NCBI GenBank assembly: GCA_965262915.1
Contig: OZ253564.1
Location: 1,312,001 to 1,376,000 of the forward strand
DNA: 64,000 bases
From: Candidatus Spongiisociaceae bacterium
Lineage (GTDB): Bacteria > Actinomycetota > Acidimicrobiia > Spongiisociales > Spongiisociaceae
Direction: 5' to 3'
The translations under genes were made by a program, and so were the position numbers. The notes below the pieces were generated by a model. It was not told where the DNA came from. It did no database searches and saw only the letters and a program-made list of their open reading frames with translations. Below, piece after piece: positions 8,898 through 18,868 of this stretch; position 1 is the first letter of the stretch, and each line of letters begins with the position of its first letter.

Positions 8898-10898
8898 CTA
8901 TCTTCTGAGCATCCACCAAGGACTCTTCTGTCGTAGTCGCCGACCGAGAAACTGCTCCAGGCTCGCCTTGTGCATGACTGTTCGGTCCCCGCCGCTCGCG
9001 GCTTCGTCGATGAGGGTGGAGGGGAGGTCGTCCCAGCTGAAGCCGCGCCTGCCGAATGCGTCCCGCTGTTCCCACACGATGATGTTGTTCCCCTCGATGG
9101 TCCAGCCGTTGGGTGTCTCGCCCTCTCGTTTTGAATAGGCCGCGTGGCGGAGCAGATTGAGGACCCGGGCCCTCACCCGATCATAGCGTTTGTCGGCATA
9201 GTCGAGCCAGGTCACTTCCCGACACCAGGGTGGGGCAGCGCCTTCGGCTGCCTCCCTAAGGATGCCGCTCAGGACGCTCGAGGAGATGGCTAGCCAGTCC
9301 TCCGGGAGCCGCTCGTGTTCGAGGCGGTCCATGACGTCGACCAGGTAGCGCCGGTACAGGTGACCCGTCAGATCGCTGCGGATCTGCTGGATACGGCTTT
9401 GCAGACGTTGGCGCAACTGTTCGTGGTGCGCAGGCAGGGCTGTGGTGGTGTAGACAGTCAGGCTGCGTTTGACGACCTCATCGGGGAAGGAGTGAGGTTC
9501 CGCGTTCATCGACAGCACGAAGCCCGGGTATTCCGTCACCTGCGGCGGGTTCTCATCCTTGATGATGTCCTTGCCGTGGTTGTTGAAGGCCTTCCGTCCG
9601 ATGTCGTCGAACACGACCGGGTGACGCTTGTAGGCGTGCTGCAGGCCCCGCAGCCTCGCAGTCGTGAAGCTCCTCTTCTCGACCGTGTGTGCCCGACCGA
9701 ACATGGAGGTGACGAGCGTATCGACAAGGCTGGTCTTGCCGCAGTTCGACTTGCCGAAGATGATGGCGAAGGAGGGGTATCGAACTACGTCGCTGTCCTG
9801 TAGATGGGCTAGAGAACGAATGTCGCAGATAAAGGGGGAGAAATACAACCAGGCCATGAACGTGAAGTAGTCACGTTGAAGCATGGGAACGTCTCCGTCA
9901 AACGCCCCCTCGTAGTTGCCGAAGTAGTCCAGGAAGAGTCTGGCGTCGGATCGAACAGACTCGTCATCCGAATGCAACGAGAACTTCTCACCAGACAACT
10001 CCGCCGTCCGGTTCAACCGATCTATGGATAGGTATCGGGTGGTGGTTTCGTCGGTCGACTTGACCAGACGGATTCGGCTCAATTCCCGCTTGATCTTGGG
10101 CGTGATCGTTTGTTTACCGGCGCGCAGCGGCGGGATCGCCGCCGATAGGCGCGGCCTCAACACCGCGGCTACCTTCTCGATGCGCTCGACCTGCGCCGGT
10201 CCCGAAACTTCGGCTTCGGCCGGCTCGGTGGGGGTGATGATCACGGTAGAGGAGGTGTCGGACAGCACCGGTGTGTCGGGCACCTCGATCTCGGCGCGGG
10301 TGATCCGTTCTTCGGGTAGGGGGATCTCGTCCGAGCCCGAGTCCCGGATCGTGTCGAACATGCGGCTGTAATGACGCCACGCCGTCTCGTCGTTGTCGAA
10401 GACGACCAGCGTCTCGGGCTGGATACCCGAGAAGGCCCGCTCGGACAGGTTGGCGGAGCCGACTATCACTCGGGTCCGCTCGGAATCGGCCAACAGGTAC
10501 AGCTTGGCGTGGGCCACCGACTCGCGGAGAACCCTGAACTTGGCTTGGCCGGCGGCGACCCTCTCCAGGATGCGGTGGTGGCGTTTGTCCCTGAGGCCCA
10601 TGATCGCCGCCCTCGTCCCCTCGACCGCAACCTTCTGGAACGCCAGAACGTCGATGATGTTTCCAAGCGTGGCCTCGCAGCCGAAGACACACTCGAAGCT
10701 GTCGAAGGAGAACTCGTCGAGCATCTTTACGATGGCGTTGCTGCTGGCCGAGTAGGTCAGAACCCGCAGGCTCTCGAAGCCCTCGAACAAGGTCCACTCG
10801 AACTTGGCTTCGTCCACGAACGTGGCTCGGACCACACGAAGTCCGGTGCCGTCATCCAACCCCAGGGTCAGCGTCGGTGCATGCCCACGGTTCGGCAT
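8898..10898 (-). CDS. PLD-family (NgoFVII-like) nuclease fused to a P-loop ATPase
   Basis: HAKLYLL...IVGSANLS...E PLD motif; FGKSNCGKT Walker A, VVFDD Walker B, LSMN sensor-like motif. Confidence 0.75.
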   Translation of the reverse strand: MPNRGHAPTLTLGLDDGTGLRVVRATFVDEAKFEWTLFEGFESLRVLTYSASSNAIVKMLDEFSFDSFECVFGCEATLGNIIDVLAFQKVAVEGTRAAIMGLRDKRHHRILERVAAGQAKFRVLRESVAHAKLYLLADSERTRVIVGSANLSERAFSGIQPETLVVFDNDETAWRHYSRMFDTIRDSGSDEIPLPEERITRAEIEVPDTPVLSDTSSTVIITPTEPAEAEVSGPAQVERIEKVAAVLRPRLSAAIPPLRAGKQTITPKIKRELSRIRLVKSTDETTTRYLSIDRLNRTAELSGEKFSLHSDDESVRSDARLFLDYFGNYEGAFDGDVPMLQRDYFTFMAWLYFSPFICDIRSLAHLQDSDVVRYPSFAIIFGKSNCGKTSLVDTLVTSMFGRAHTVEKRSFTTARLRGLQHAYKRHPVVFDDIGRKAFNNHGKDIIKDENPPQVTEYPGFVLSMNAEPHSFPDEVVKRSLTVYTTTALPAHHEQLRQRLQSRIQQIRSDLTGHLYRRYLVDVMDRLEHERLPEDWLAISSSVLSGILREAAEGAAPPWCREVTWLDYADKRYDRVRARVLNLLRHAAYSKREGETPNGWTIEGNNIIVWEQRDAFGRRGFSWDDLPSTLIDEAASGGDRTVMHKASLEQFLGRRLRQKSPWWMLRR

Positions 10899-11115
10899 CC
10901 GCAGAGTCCTCTCTCCTTCTCGCCTTGGACGATATCAGTGGACCGTGACACCGGAATCCCCGATCAGGGGCAAGGTGGCTTTCACGGGCTGAGGTTCTGG
11001 TTCGGGTATTCCGCGTCGTCCCATCGGCATCGAGGATGGGAACCGGAAGAACGGTCAAGACGCCGGGACCGGGAGACCGGTCCGGAGCGGAGGGGTCCGG
11101 GTTCTGAGTAGAACC

Positions 11116-12189
11116 TCAACTGTGTGTGGTGTTGACCTGATCCACCGCTGCGGTCATCACGGCGAGTTTGCGTCGGGCAATGTCACGGCTCAGGAAGCCG
11201 AGTCCGCAGTCCGGGGCGGCTATCAGACGATCGGGGGAAACGTACTTCACAGCTTCGGTCAAGCGGCCGGCGATCTCCTGGATGGTCTCCACGCGACTTC
11301 GCGCCACGGCCACCACTCCGAGGATCACCTTTGTGGTGGCGAACCGGGGCAGCAGAGTGGCGAGGTCGTTGGGTCGGTGGGCATCCTCGATGCTGATCGC
11401 GTCGAGGGGCGCCGCGTCGAGGGCCTCGGCAACCTGTAGGTACGCGCCGGGATCGGCTTTCGGGTAGTCGCTCTGATCGAGCCGTTCGGGGTAGCCACAA
11501 CAGCAGTGGACCACCCGCACCACATGATCCGGCACTCCCTCGAAACAGCGGGCCAAGTGGTCGATACCGTGGACAAGCGCCCCATCGGGGTTGCGGGCCA
11601 TTACCGGCTCGTCCACCTGTACGTGGTTGCACCCGGCCGCGACCAGTTCGAGGATCTGGGTGTTGATAGCGGCCGCGAGGTCGTCGCCGAGGGTGACCTC
11701 GTCGTGGTAGTACCTATCGACGGTGGTGTCGATGATCGTCATCGGACCCGGGATCGTGACCCTCACGGGATTCGGCGAGCGCGATCGGGCTACCTCGAAG
11801 TCACGGACCAGCGGCGAGGTGTCCAGGTAGCGGACCTCTCCTGTCACTGTCGGCAAGAGAGCGGATGTGACACCACGAAGGCGACGCGGGCTCAGCTTGC
11901 CGAAGTCGAAACCGGAGAAGTGGCGACACTGGTAGTGAATGTAGTTCTCACGCCGCACCTCGCCATCGGTCACGACATCGATCCCGGCTTCCACCTGGTC
12001 GGCGATGACCTCGGCAGTTGCCCTCCGGAACAGGCCCTCCGCCGCAGCCCCTGCCTTCGACATCTCGCGGGTGAAAGCGGTCGTGTAGTCCGTCGTGCCA
12101 TCGTGGTTATTCGGGTCCGAGAACCAGTCTGAAATCGGTACGTAATCCGGCTTCGGGTAAGCACCGATCGTGGTGGTGGTGATCACCAC
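11116..12189 (-). CDS. Cobalamin-independent methionine synthase II family (MetE catalytic half only)
   Basis: TTIGAYPKP, DGEVRRE, QVDEP, HCC and APDCGL Zn-ligand motifs; 357 aa. Confidence 0.85.
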   Translation of the reverse strand: MVITTTTIGAYPKPDYVPISDWFSDPNNHDGTTDYTTAFTREMSKAGAAAEGLFRRATAEVIADQVEAGIDVVTDGEVRRENYIHYQCRHFSGFDFGKLSPRRLRGVTSALLPTVTGEVRYLDTSPLVRDFEVARSRSPNPVRVTIPGPMTIIDTTVDRYYHDEVTLGDDLAAAINTQILELVAAGCNHVQVDEPVMARNPDGALVHGIDHLARCFEGVPDHVVRVVHCCCGYPERLDQSDYPKADPGAYLQVAEALDAAPLDAISIEDAHRPNDLATLLPRFATTKVILGVVAVARSRVETIQEIAGRLTEAVKYVSPDRLIAAPDCGLGFLSRDIARRKLAVMTAAVDQVNTTHS

Positions 12190-12190
12190 C

Positions 12191-13375
12191 CTAGGATGTT
12201 GGAGCCTGGGCGGACGCTATCTGATCAGGTGTCAGACCTAGCAAGCCCTCGAGGATCTCCTGGTTGTGTTGGCCCAGTTCGGGCCCTACCCAGCGGACCT
12301 CACCCGGTGTCTCGGACAGCTTCGGGGCCACGTTCTGCATGCGGAAGTCGCCGAACTCGGGGTGCAGGAGCGTGACGATCGCTTCCCGAGCTGCGAAATG
12401 GGGATCTTCGAGCATGTCGGGCGCGCGGTAGATCCGGCCGGCCGGGACGCCCGTCTCATCGAGAAGGTCCACCAGCGTCTGGCCCGTGACTGTCTGGGTC
12501 CACTCGGTGACGATGTCGTCGAGTTCGGCCTGGTTGGCTCCGCGGGCGGCGTGGTTGTCGAATCGGGGATCGACTGCCAGATCTTCTCTTCCCATCACCT
12601 TGGCAAGGCGGGCGAAGACGGTGTCCTGGTTGGCGGCGATGAGGACCATCGATCTGTCGCTGGTCGGGTACACGTTCGAAGGGGCCACGTTCGGGAGGAT
12701 GGCGCCGCTCCGCTCTCTTATGTACCCACCGATGTCGAACTCGGGTATGAGTGACTCCATGTAGGAGAGCACGGCCTCGTATATGGCGGTATCCACGACC
12801 TGGCCGCGTCCGGTGCGCTCGCGGTGGTGTAGGGCGACCATTCCGCCGAGGGCGCCCAGCGTGCCGGCCAGGGCATCTCCGATGCTGACACCCACCCGGC
12901 TGGGCGGGGTTCGCGGATCCCCGGTTATGTACCGGAGGCCTCCCATGGCCTCGCCGATCGCGCCGTAGCCGGCCTTCCCGGCGTCGGGTCCGGTCTGGCC
13001 GAATCCGGTGACCCTTATCAGAACGATCCCCGGGTTGAGGCGGGCGAGCTGGTCGTATCCGAGATCCCATCGCTCCAGGGTTCCCGGTCGGAAGTTCTCG
13101 ACCACGACATCGCTCCGAGCGACGAGGTCGCGGGCCACCTTCTGCCCGGCCTCCGCCCGTAGGTTGAGGGTGACGGACTTCTTGTTGCGAGCCACCACCG
13201 GGAACCAGAGCGATCGTCCGTAGGGCCTCTCCCGGCCCCACTGCCGCATGGGGTCGCCGCGGAGGGGCTCCTCGATCTTGACGACTTCGGCCCCGAAGTC
13301 TCCGAACAGCTGGGCGCAGAACGGCCCGGCCAGCAGTTGGCCCATCTCGACTACCCGGATATCGCTGAGAGGCAT
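12191..13375 (-). CDS. CaiB/BaiF class III CoA-transferase
   Basis: MPLSDIRVVEMGQLLAGPF start at 13375; RNKKS and ENFRPG motifs. Confidence 0.9.
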   Translation of the reverse strand: MPLSDIRVVEMGQLLAGPFCAQLFGDFGAEVVKIEEPLRGDPMRQWGRERPYGRSLWFPVVARNKKSVTLNLRAEAGQKVARDLVARSDVVVENFRPGTLERWDLGYDQLARLNPGIVLIRVTGFGQTGPDAGKAGYGAIGEAMGGLRYITGDPRTPPSRVGVSIGDALAGTLGALGGMVALHHRERTGRGQVVDTAIYEAVLSYMESLIPEFDIGGYIRERSGAILPNVAPSNVYPTSDRSMVLIAANQDTVFARLAKVMGREDLAVDPRFDNHAARGANQAELDDIVTEWTQTVTGQTLVDLLDETGVPAGRIYRAPDMLEDPHFAAREAIVTLLHPEFGDFRMQNVAPKLSETPGEVRWVGPELGQHNQEILEGLLGLTPDQIASAQAPTS

Positions 13376-13466
13376 CTGCTTCAGGTGGACGTCCCCGAGG
13401 TTGCTTCCCCGAGTGTAAGCACCGGCCTTCCGGTTATGGTGTCGCAAGGAACTCCCTGGAGCGTTT

Positions 13467-14381
13467 GTGACCGCAGGCATCATCGAGATCGTCGAAGTGG
13501 GCCCGCGTGACGGGCTGCAGAACGAGGATGTCCTCCTCGCCACCGACAGGAAGGTCGAGCTCATCGGCCGGCTGGTCGCCGCCGGGATCAGGCGTGTCGA
13601 GGCGGTCAGCTTCGTACACCCCCGGCTGGTTCCGCAGATGGCCGACGCCGAGGCGGTCATGGCATCTCTTCCGGATGCGGAAGGGGTTTCCTACATAGGG
13701 CTGGCACTCAACGAGCGCGGGGTGGACCGCGCGTTGGGGGCCGGTGTCGACGAGGTCAACTTCGTGGTCGTGGCCACCGACACGCTCAGCCGCCGGAACC
13801 AGGGGTCCACGACCGCCGAGTCGATAGACACCTGGGAGAGGTTGATGTCCTGGGACGACGCGAGCGGCATGCGTTTCGGCGTGACGATCGGGGCTGCGTT
13901 CGGCTGCCCATTCGAGGGGGAGGTTCCCGTGGAACGGGTCGTGGAGGTAGCCACCCGGGTTGCTGCGGCCGGTCCCGCGGAGATCACGCTCGCTGACACG
14001 ATCGGGGTCGCTTCTCCCGGAGATGTCGCCCAACGGTTCGAGGCTGTGCGGGAAGCAGTGGGGTCGATCCCGCTGCGGTGCCACTTCCACAACACCCGCA
14101 ACACCGGGCTCGCCAACGTCTTCTCGGCCGTCCTGGCCGGCGTACAGAGCCTCGACGCTTCGATCGCAGGTCTCGGAGGTTGCCCGTTCGCCCCCGATGC
14201 CACCGGGAACATACCGACCGAGGACCTCGTGTACATGCTCCAGCGGATGGGCGAGGTTCCCGAGCTGTCCCTGCCGACCCTCATCGACACAGCGCTGTGG
14301 CTCGAAGGCAACATAGGGAGGCGCCTCCCGGGGATGCTTATGCGAGCGGGGATCTTCCCGACCGCGGGCGCGCCGGCTTGA
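13467..14381 (+). CDS. HMG-CoA lyase / citramalyl-CoA lyase family
   Basis: EVGPRDGLQNE, HFHNTR and GLGGCPFAP..TGN motifs. Confidence 0.9.
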   Translation: MTAGIIEIVEVGPRDGLQNEDVLLATDRKVELIGRLVAAGIRRVEAVSFVHPRLVPQMADAEAVMASLPDAEGVSYIGLALNERGVDRALGAGVDEVNFVVVATDTLSRRNQGSTTAESIDTWERLMSWDDASGMRFGVTIGAAFGCPFEGEVPVERVVEVATRVAAAGPAEITLADTIGVASPGDVAQRFEAVREAVGSIPLRCHFHNTRNTGLANVFSAVLAGVQSLDASIAGLGGCPFAPDATGNIPTEDLVYMLQRMGEVPELSLPTLIDTALWLEGNIGRRLPGMLMRAGIFPTAGAPA

Positions 14382-14382
14382 G

Positions 14383-15274
14383 ATGAAACCCGCCGACTTC
14401 GAGTATGTCGCCCCCGGTCACTTGGATGCTGCGTTGGGGATGCTCGCGTCCCGGCCCTCCGAAACGCGAGTACTGGCCGGGGGCCAAAGCCTCCTACCGC
14501 TGCTGAAGGCCCGGCTGGTGAGTCCCGTGACGTTGATCGACCTCGGGCGTATTGAGGACCTGGACCGGATCGAGTTGAGGAACGGAGCGCTGCAGTTGGG
14601 TGCCATGACCCGTCAGTCGAGGGCGCTCGAATCCAGGCTGGTGAGCACTCATGCCCCGTTGCTGGCGCGGGCGTTACGCCTGATCGGCAGCCCGGCCATC
14701 CGCAACCGGGGCACGATCGGCGGCAGTGCCGCCCACGCCGACCCGGCAGCCGAGATCCCGGCGGTCCTGGTCGCGCTGAACGCCACCCTTACGGTCGTGA
14801 GCACCGCCGGAAGGCGCGAGATACCCGCCCGCACCTTCTACCGGTACGCCTACGAGACTTCACTGTCGGATGACGAGATAGTGGCCGACCTGAGCATTCC
14901 GCTCCGGACGGCAGGCCAGGATACCGGGGTGTCGTTCTACGAGATCGCCATCCCCAGCCACAATTTCGCCCTGGCCGGCGCGGCGGTCAGTGTGACTGTG
15001 GCCGGTGGCGTCATGAATGACGTTCGGATCGGGCTCTGCGGGCTCGGGGCGACACCTTTGCGCGCTCGCGAGGCGGAGACCCTGGCCGACGGCTCGCCTC
15101 CTACCCCCGATGTAGTCCGCCGTGTAGCGCGTGGAGCCGCCGCGGTCGCGGAACCGTGGACGATGTCCTTGCCTCCGGCTCCTACCGCCGGGACATCGCC
15201 CGGTGGTGATCCGGCGCGCCCTTCTGGAAGCGCTGGGCGAGGCAGAGGCTCATCGGGATGGAGCGCCGCGATGA
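14383..15274 (+). pseudogene. Xanthine dehydrogenase/CoxM family FAD subunit, frameshifted near 15157-15210
   Basis: MKPADFEY, AGGQSL and IRNRGTIGGS motifs; the conserved DDVLASGSYRR tail lies in another frame. Confidence 0.75.
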
Positions 15275-15395
15275 GCCGGGTTCACGAGGTGTCCATCACC
15301 GTCAACGGGGTCCGGTCCGGCGAGATCGTTGCCTCGAGGCCCTCGCCGCCGAACTCCTTGTCCGGTCTCCCGACAAAGCGGGAGGCGCGGGATGA
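15271..15395 (+). pseudogene. Remnant of CoxS-type [2Fe-2S] small subunit, internally deleted
   Basis: MSRVHEVSITVNG N-terminus joined to a LEALAAE... tail; no Cys clusters; both ends overlap neighbours by ATGA. Confidence 0.6.
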
Positions 15396-17836
15396 CCGAC
15401 GTAACGGTCCGCGGCGACCTGCCCACCGCCGGTCCAGAGTTCGCCACGGTCGAGTCGGCCCGGATGGTGCGCGGGCATGGCGCGTTCATCGACGACTTCG
15501 ACGCCCGGGGGGTACTCCACATGGCGTTGGTCCGGAGCCCGTTTGCCCATGCCCGCATCATCGGCGTCGATGTCAGCGGGGCGCGCGAGCTTCCCGGTGT
15601 TCACGGTGTTGTCACAGGCCAGGACGTGATCGAGCGAACCGGTCCCATATTCACCCTCGCCGATGTCAGCGATCCTCCTCTCCCGATCCCCATGTATGCG
15701 CTCGCTGCCGGCAAGGTACGCCATGTCGGAGAAGCGCTGGCGGCCGTGGTCGCAACCAGCCGCGAGGTAGCGGAGGACGCCTGCCGCAGGGTCGTGGTCG
15801 ACTACGAGCCTCTGCCGCCGATCCCGACGATCGAGGTGGCGACCGCCCCGACCGCTCCGCTGATCCATGAGGGCCTCGGGTCCAACGTGATCATGCGGAG
15901 GAAGCTCGAATGGGGTGACCCGGAAGCTGCTTTCGACAGCGCCGGCCATATCGTGCGCCGCACCATGCGATGGGGCCGCCACAGCGGCGCGGCTCTGGAC
16001 ACGTTCGGTGTCGTGGCTGCGTTCAACCCGGGTCGGGGAGAGCTCACCTACTGGAGCAACTCCCAGAGCAACGCTCTGCTGTGGACGCTCGGCGACACAC
16101 TTGGTCTCCCCACCCACAAGATCCAGGGAATCCCCAGAGACGTGGGAGGGGCGTTCGGTGGAAAGTTCTGGGTCCCCCGCAACATGGTGCTGGTCGGGAT
16201 GTTCGCGATGGACACCGGTCAGCACGTCAAGTACATCGAGGACCGCTGGGAGGACCTGATCGTCGGTGACAACCACGGCGAGGACCGGCGTTACGACGCC
16301 GAGTTGGCCCTCGACGGCGACGGTCGCATGCTCGGGATGAGGTTCCGGGTGGTCGAGGACTACGGTGCCTACTTCCTTCTGGGGCCTGCCGCCAACTCCA
16401 GCCCTCTGGCCCAGGCCACGGGGCCCTACCGGATTCCCTCGCTGCAGGTGGACTTCACCGCGGTGCTCACCAACAAGACCAACCAGGGTGCATATCGCGG
16501 GCTCGGCGCTTCCCCGATGGCGATGGTCCTCGAGAGCCTGGTGGATGCGGCAGCCGACCGGCTTGGCCTGCCACCCGAGGAGATCCGCCGTCGCAACTTC
16601 ATCCAGCCGGACGAGTTCCCCTTCAAGACCCCCGTGGGTAACATCTACGACTCCGGCGACTACCCGGCGGCACTCGAACGTGCTCTCGAGTTCGGCCGGG
16701 TGGAGGAATGGCGCCGCCGCCAGGAGGAGGCCCGAGCCGCAGGCCGGTACGTGGGGATAGGCTTGGCGACCACCCAGGAGCGGAGCGTTCCCAGCATGAC
16801 CGAACTCTGGGTAATGTTCGAGAACCCGGGACGTCGGCCGACTACCTCCGCCGAGACGGTGACCTGCCGCATCGACTCGCACGGCCACCTGTCGATCATG
16901 CTGCACTCGCCGTCACTCGGTACATCGCCCGAGACGGTGGCCGTGATGGTGGCGACCGAGGAACTGGGTATCGACCCCGGGCATATCGTCGTCGACCGGA
17001 TGACGACCAGGGCGGCAGGTCCGCCAATGGGACCTGCCGGTAGCCGCATGACGGTCATGACATCCGGCGCGCTGAACGGCGCCCTGATGGAGATCAAGCA
17101 GAAGCTGGTCCGGATCGCCGCCCACCTGCTGGAGGCGGCGCCCGAGGATGTCGTGTACGACTCCGCCACGCCCGGATGCCGGGTGCGCGGTACGCCAGGC
17201 GCGGTCAAGACCCTTACCGAGCTGTCCTTGGTGGCCAACACGGCCAGCCTCCTGCTCCCGCCCGGTGAGTCGAGCGGGCTCGAGTCGACCCACACCTACG
17301 ATCATCCGCTGGCGACCATGCCGGGGCCCGACGGTGACTGGGGCAGCTTCAACCCGATCATGGGGCATTCGGTCCACATACCTGTCGTCGAGGTGGACAT
17401 CGAAACCGGTCTGGTGAGCCTTCTCGACTACGCGGTGGTGCACGACTGCGGGACCGTGCTCAATCCCCCGGCGGTTAGGGGTCAGATCATCAGAGGGATA
17501 TGCCAGGGTATCGGCAGCGCCCTGTACGAGGAGTTCGTATATGACGAGGCCGGCACTCCGCTCAACGGCAGCTTCGCCTCATACCTGATGCCGACCTTCA
17601 TGGAGATGCCGCCGGTTCGGATCGAGCATCTCTGCACACCGTCGCCGTTCACCTACCGAGGGGTAAAGGGAGCCGGTGAAGGCGGACGTATCGGCGCGCC
17701 CGCCGCCATCGCGTCGGCCATCGAGGACGCGCTGGCGCCCCTCGGTGTCGTGGTCGACCAGGTACCGATGACCGCGGAGAGGCTGCTCGGGCGTATCAAG
17801 AAAGCACAGGCGGCAGAGAGGGGGGCTAATGCCTGA
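15392..17836 (+). CDS. Molybdopterin-binding large subunit of a xanthine dehydrogenase-family hydroxylase
   Basis: RSPFAHARI, GGAFGGK, AYRGLG (not the form-I CODH AYxCSFR) and KGAGE motifs. Confidence 0.9.
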   Translation: MTDVTVRGDLPTAGPEFATVESARMVRGHGAFIDDFDARGVLHMALVRSPFAHARIIGVDVSGARELPGVHGVVTGQDVIERTGPIFTLADVSDPPLPIPMYALAAGKVRHVGEALAAVVATSREVAEDACRRVVVDYEPLPPIPTIEVATAPTAPLIHEGLGSNVIMRRKLEWGDPEAAFDSAGHIVRRTMRWGRHSGAALDTFGVVAAFNPGRGELTYWSNSQSNALLWTLGDTLGLPTHKIQGIPRDVGGAFGGKFWVPRNMVLVGMFAMDTGQHVKYIEDRWEDLIVGDNHGEDRRYDAELALDGDGRMLGMRFRVVEDYGAYFLLGPAANSSPLAQATGPYRIPSLQVDFTAVLTNKTNQGAYRGLGASPMAMVLESLVDAAADRLGLPPEEIRRRNFIQPDEFPFKTPVGNIYDSGDYPAALERALEFGRVEEWRRRQEEARAAGRYVGIGLATTQERSVPSMTELWVMFENPGRRPTTSAETVTCRIDSHGHLSIMLHSPSLGTSPETVAVMVATEELGIDPGHIVVDRMTTRAAGPPMGPAGSRMTVMTSGALNGALMEIKQKLVRIAAHLLEAAPEDVVYDSATPGCRVRGTPGAVKTLTELSLVANTASLLLPPGESSGLESTHTYDHPLATMPGPDGDWGSFNPIMGHSVHIPVVEVDIETGLVSLLDYAVVHDCGTVLNPPAVRGQIIRGICQGIGSALYEEFVYDEAGTPLNGSFASYLMPTFMEMPPVRIEHLCTPSPFTYRGVKGAGEGGRIGAPAAIASAIEDALAPLGVVVDQVPMTAERLLGRIKKAQAAERGANA

Positions 17837-18572
17837 CGTTGTCGGGTACCGGGCCAAGTTCGGCGTGATTGTCCCGTCCACCAACACGGTGGTCGAGCAC
17901 GACTTCAACATGATCGGACCGCGTGGTGTCACGTTCCACACCGGCCGCATGTACATCGGGACCCCAACCCTCGACTCCGACGAGTCCTTCCTGGCCCTGA
18001 TCGGGGAGATCCGCGCCTCCATATCCGTCGCCGTGCGGGACGTGCTCACCTGCCAACCCGACTACATGGTGATGGGTATGTCGGCGGAGACCTTCTGGAA
18101 CGGGGTGGAAGGTAACCGGCGCTTCGAGACCCGCATCAAGGACGCCACCGGACTGGAATTGAGCACCGGCGCCACCAGTTGCCGGACCGCTCTCGAACTG
18201 CTCGGAGTGGAGCGTATCGCCGTGCTCACTCCTTACCAGCCGGTTGCCGACCGGGAGGTCGCCCGGTTCTTCACGGAGGCCGGTTTCTCGGTCAGGCGGG
18301 CGGAGGGTCTCAAGTGCCCTACGGCGACCTCGATCGCCGAGGTCACGCGTGCAACGCTTGTCCATGTATTGCGGGAACTGGACGGCGATGATGTCGACGC
18401 CATCGTGCAGGCGGGTACCAACCTGTCGATGGTGCGCCTGGCAGCAGAGGCAGAGGAGTGGCTGGCCAAGCCCGTGATCGCCATCAACGCCGCGACGCTG
18501 TGGCACGCGCTGCGCGCCAACGGGTTCGACGACCGTTTCGAGGGTCTCGGTTCGTTATTCGCCGAGCACTAG
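17829..18572 (+). CDS. Maleate cis-trans isomerase / Asp-Glu racemase family
   Basis: GVIVPSTNTVVE, LTPY and QAGTNL motifs. Confidence 0.8.
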   Translation: MPDVVGYRAKFGVIVPSTNTVVEHDFNMIGPRGVTFHTGRMYIGTPTLDSDESFLALIGEIRASISVAVRDVLTCQPDYMVMGMSAETFWNGVEGNRRFETRIKDATGLELSTGATSCRTALELLGVERIAVLTPYQPVADREVARFFTEAGFSVRRAEGLKCPTATSIAEVTRATLVHVLRELDGDDVDAIVQAGTNLSMVRLAAEAEEWLAKPVIAINAATLWHALRANGFDDRFEGLGSLFAEH

Positions 18573-18868
18573 CTGGTGTCAGGTGTCAGGTGTCAGGTGT
18601 CAGGTGTCAGGTGCCAGGGGTCAGTGAAGACTGGCGGGACTGAAGGATTTTCGGTGTTTTTGAGTTGGGTTGGTGACCTGTCTGTCCTGTCGGTGGCCAT
18701 AGAACCGATCATTGAGGATTGGTACCTGGCACCTGGTACCTGGCACCTGTTGTCGGGTGTCAGTGGTGACTGGCGGGATTGAAGGATTCTCGGTGTCTTT
18801 GAGCTAGGTTGGTGACCTGTCCGTCCCGTCGGTGGCCACAGAACCCATCATCGAGGACTGGCACCTGG
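18573..18868. repeat. Composite intergenic repeat: heptamer arms plus two ~110-bp units, bracketed by CTAG
   Basis: (GGTGTCA)x5 + GGTGCCA at 18575-18616; inverted (TGGYACC)x4 at 18720-18747; similar units at 18620-18730 and 18759-18869; CTAG at 18569 and 18869. Confidence 0.85.

Noticed and set aside
15392-17836. Aerobic CO dehydrogenase (form I coxL)
   Set aside because: Active-site loop is AYRGLG, not AYxCSFR.
18573-18868. CRISPR array
   Set aside because: Heptamers are contiguous, the two long units have no unique spacers, and no cas genes are present.
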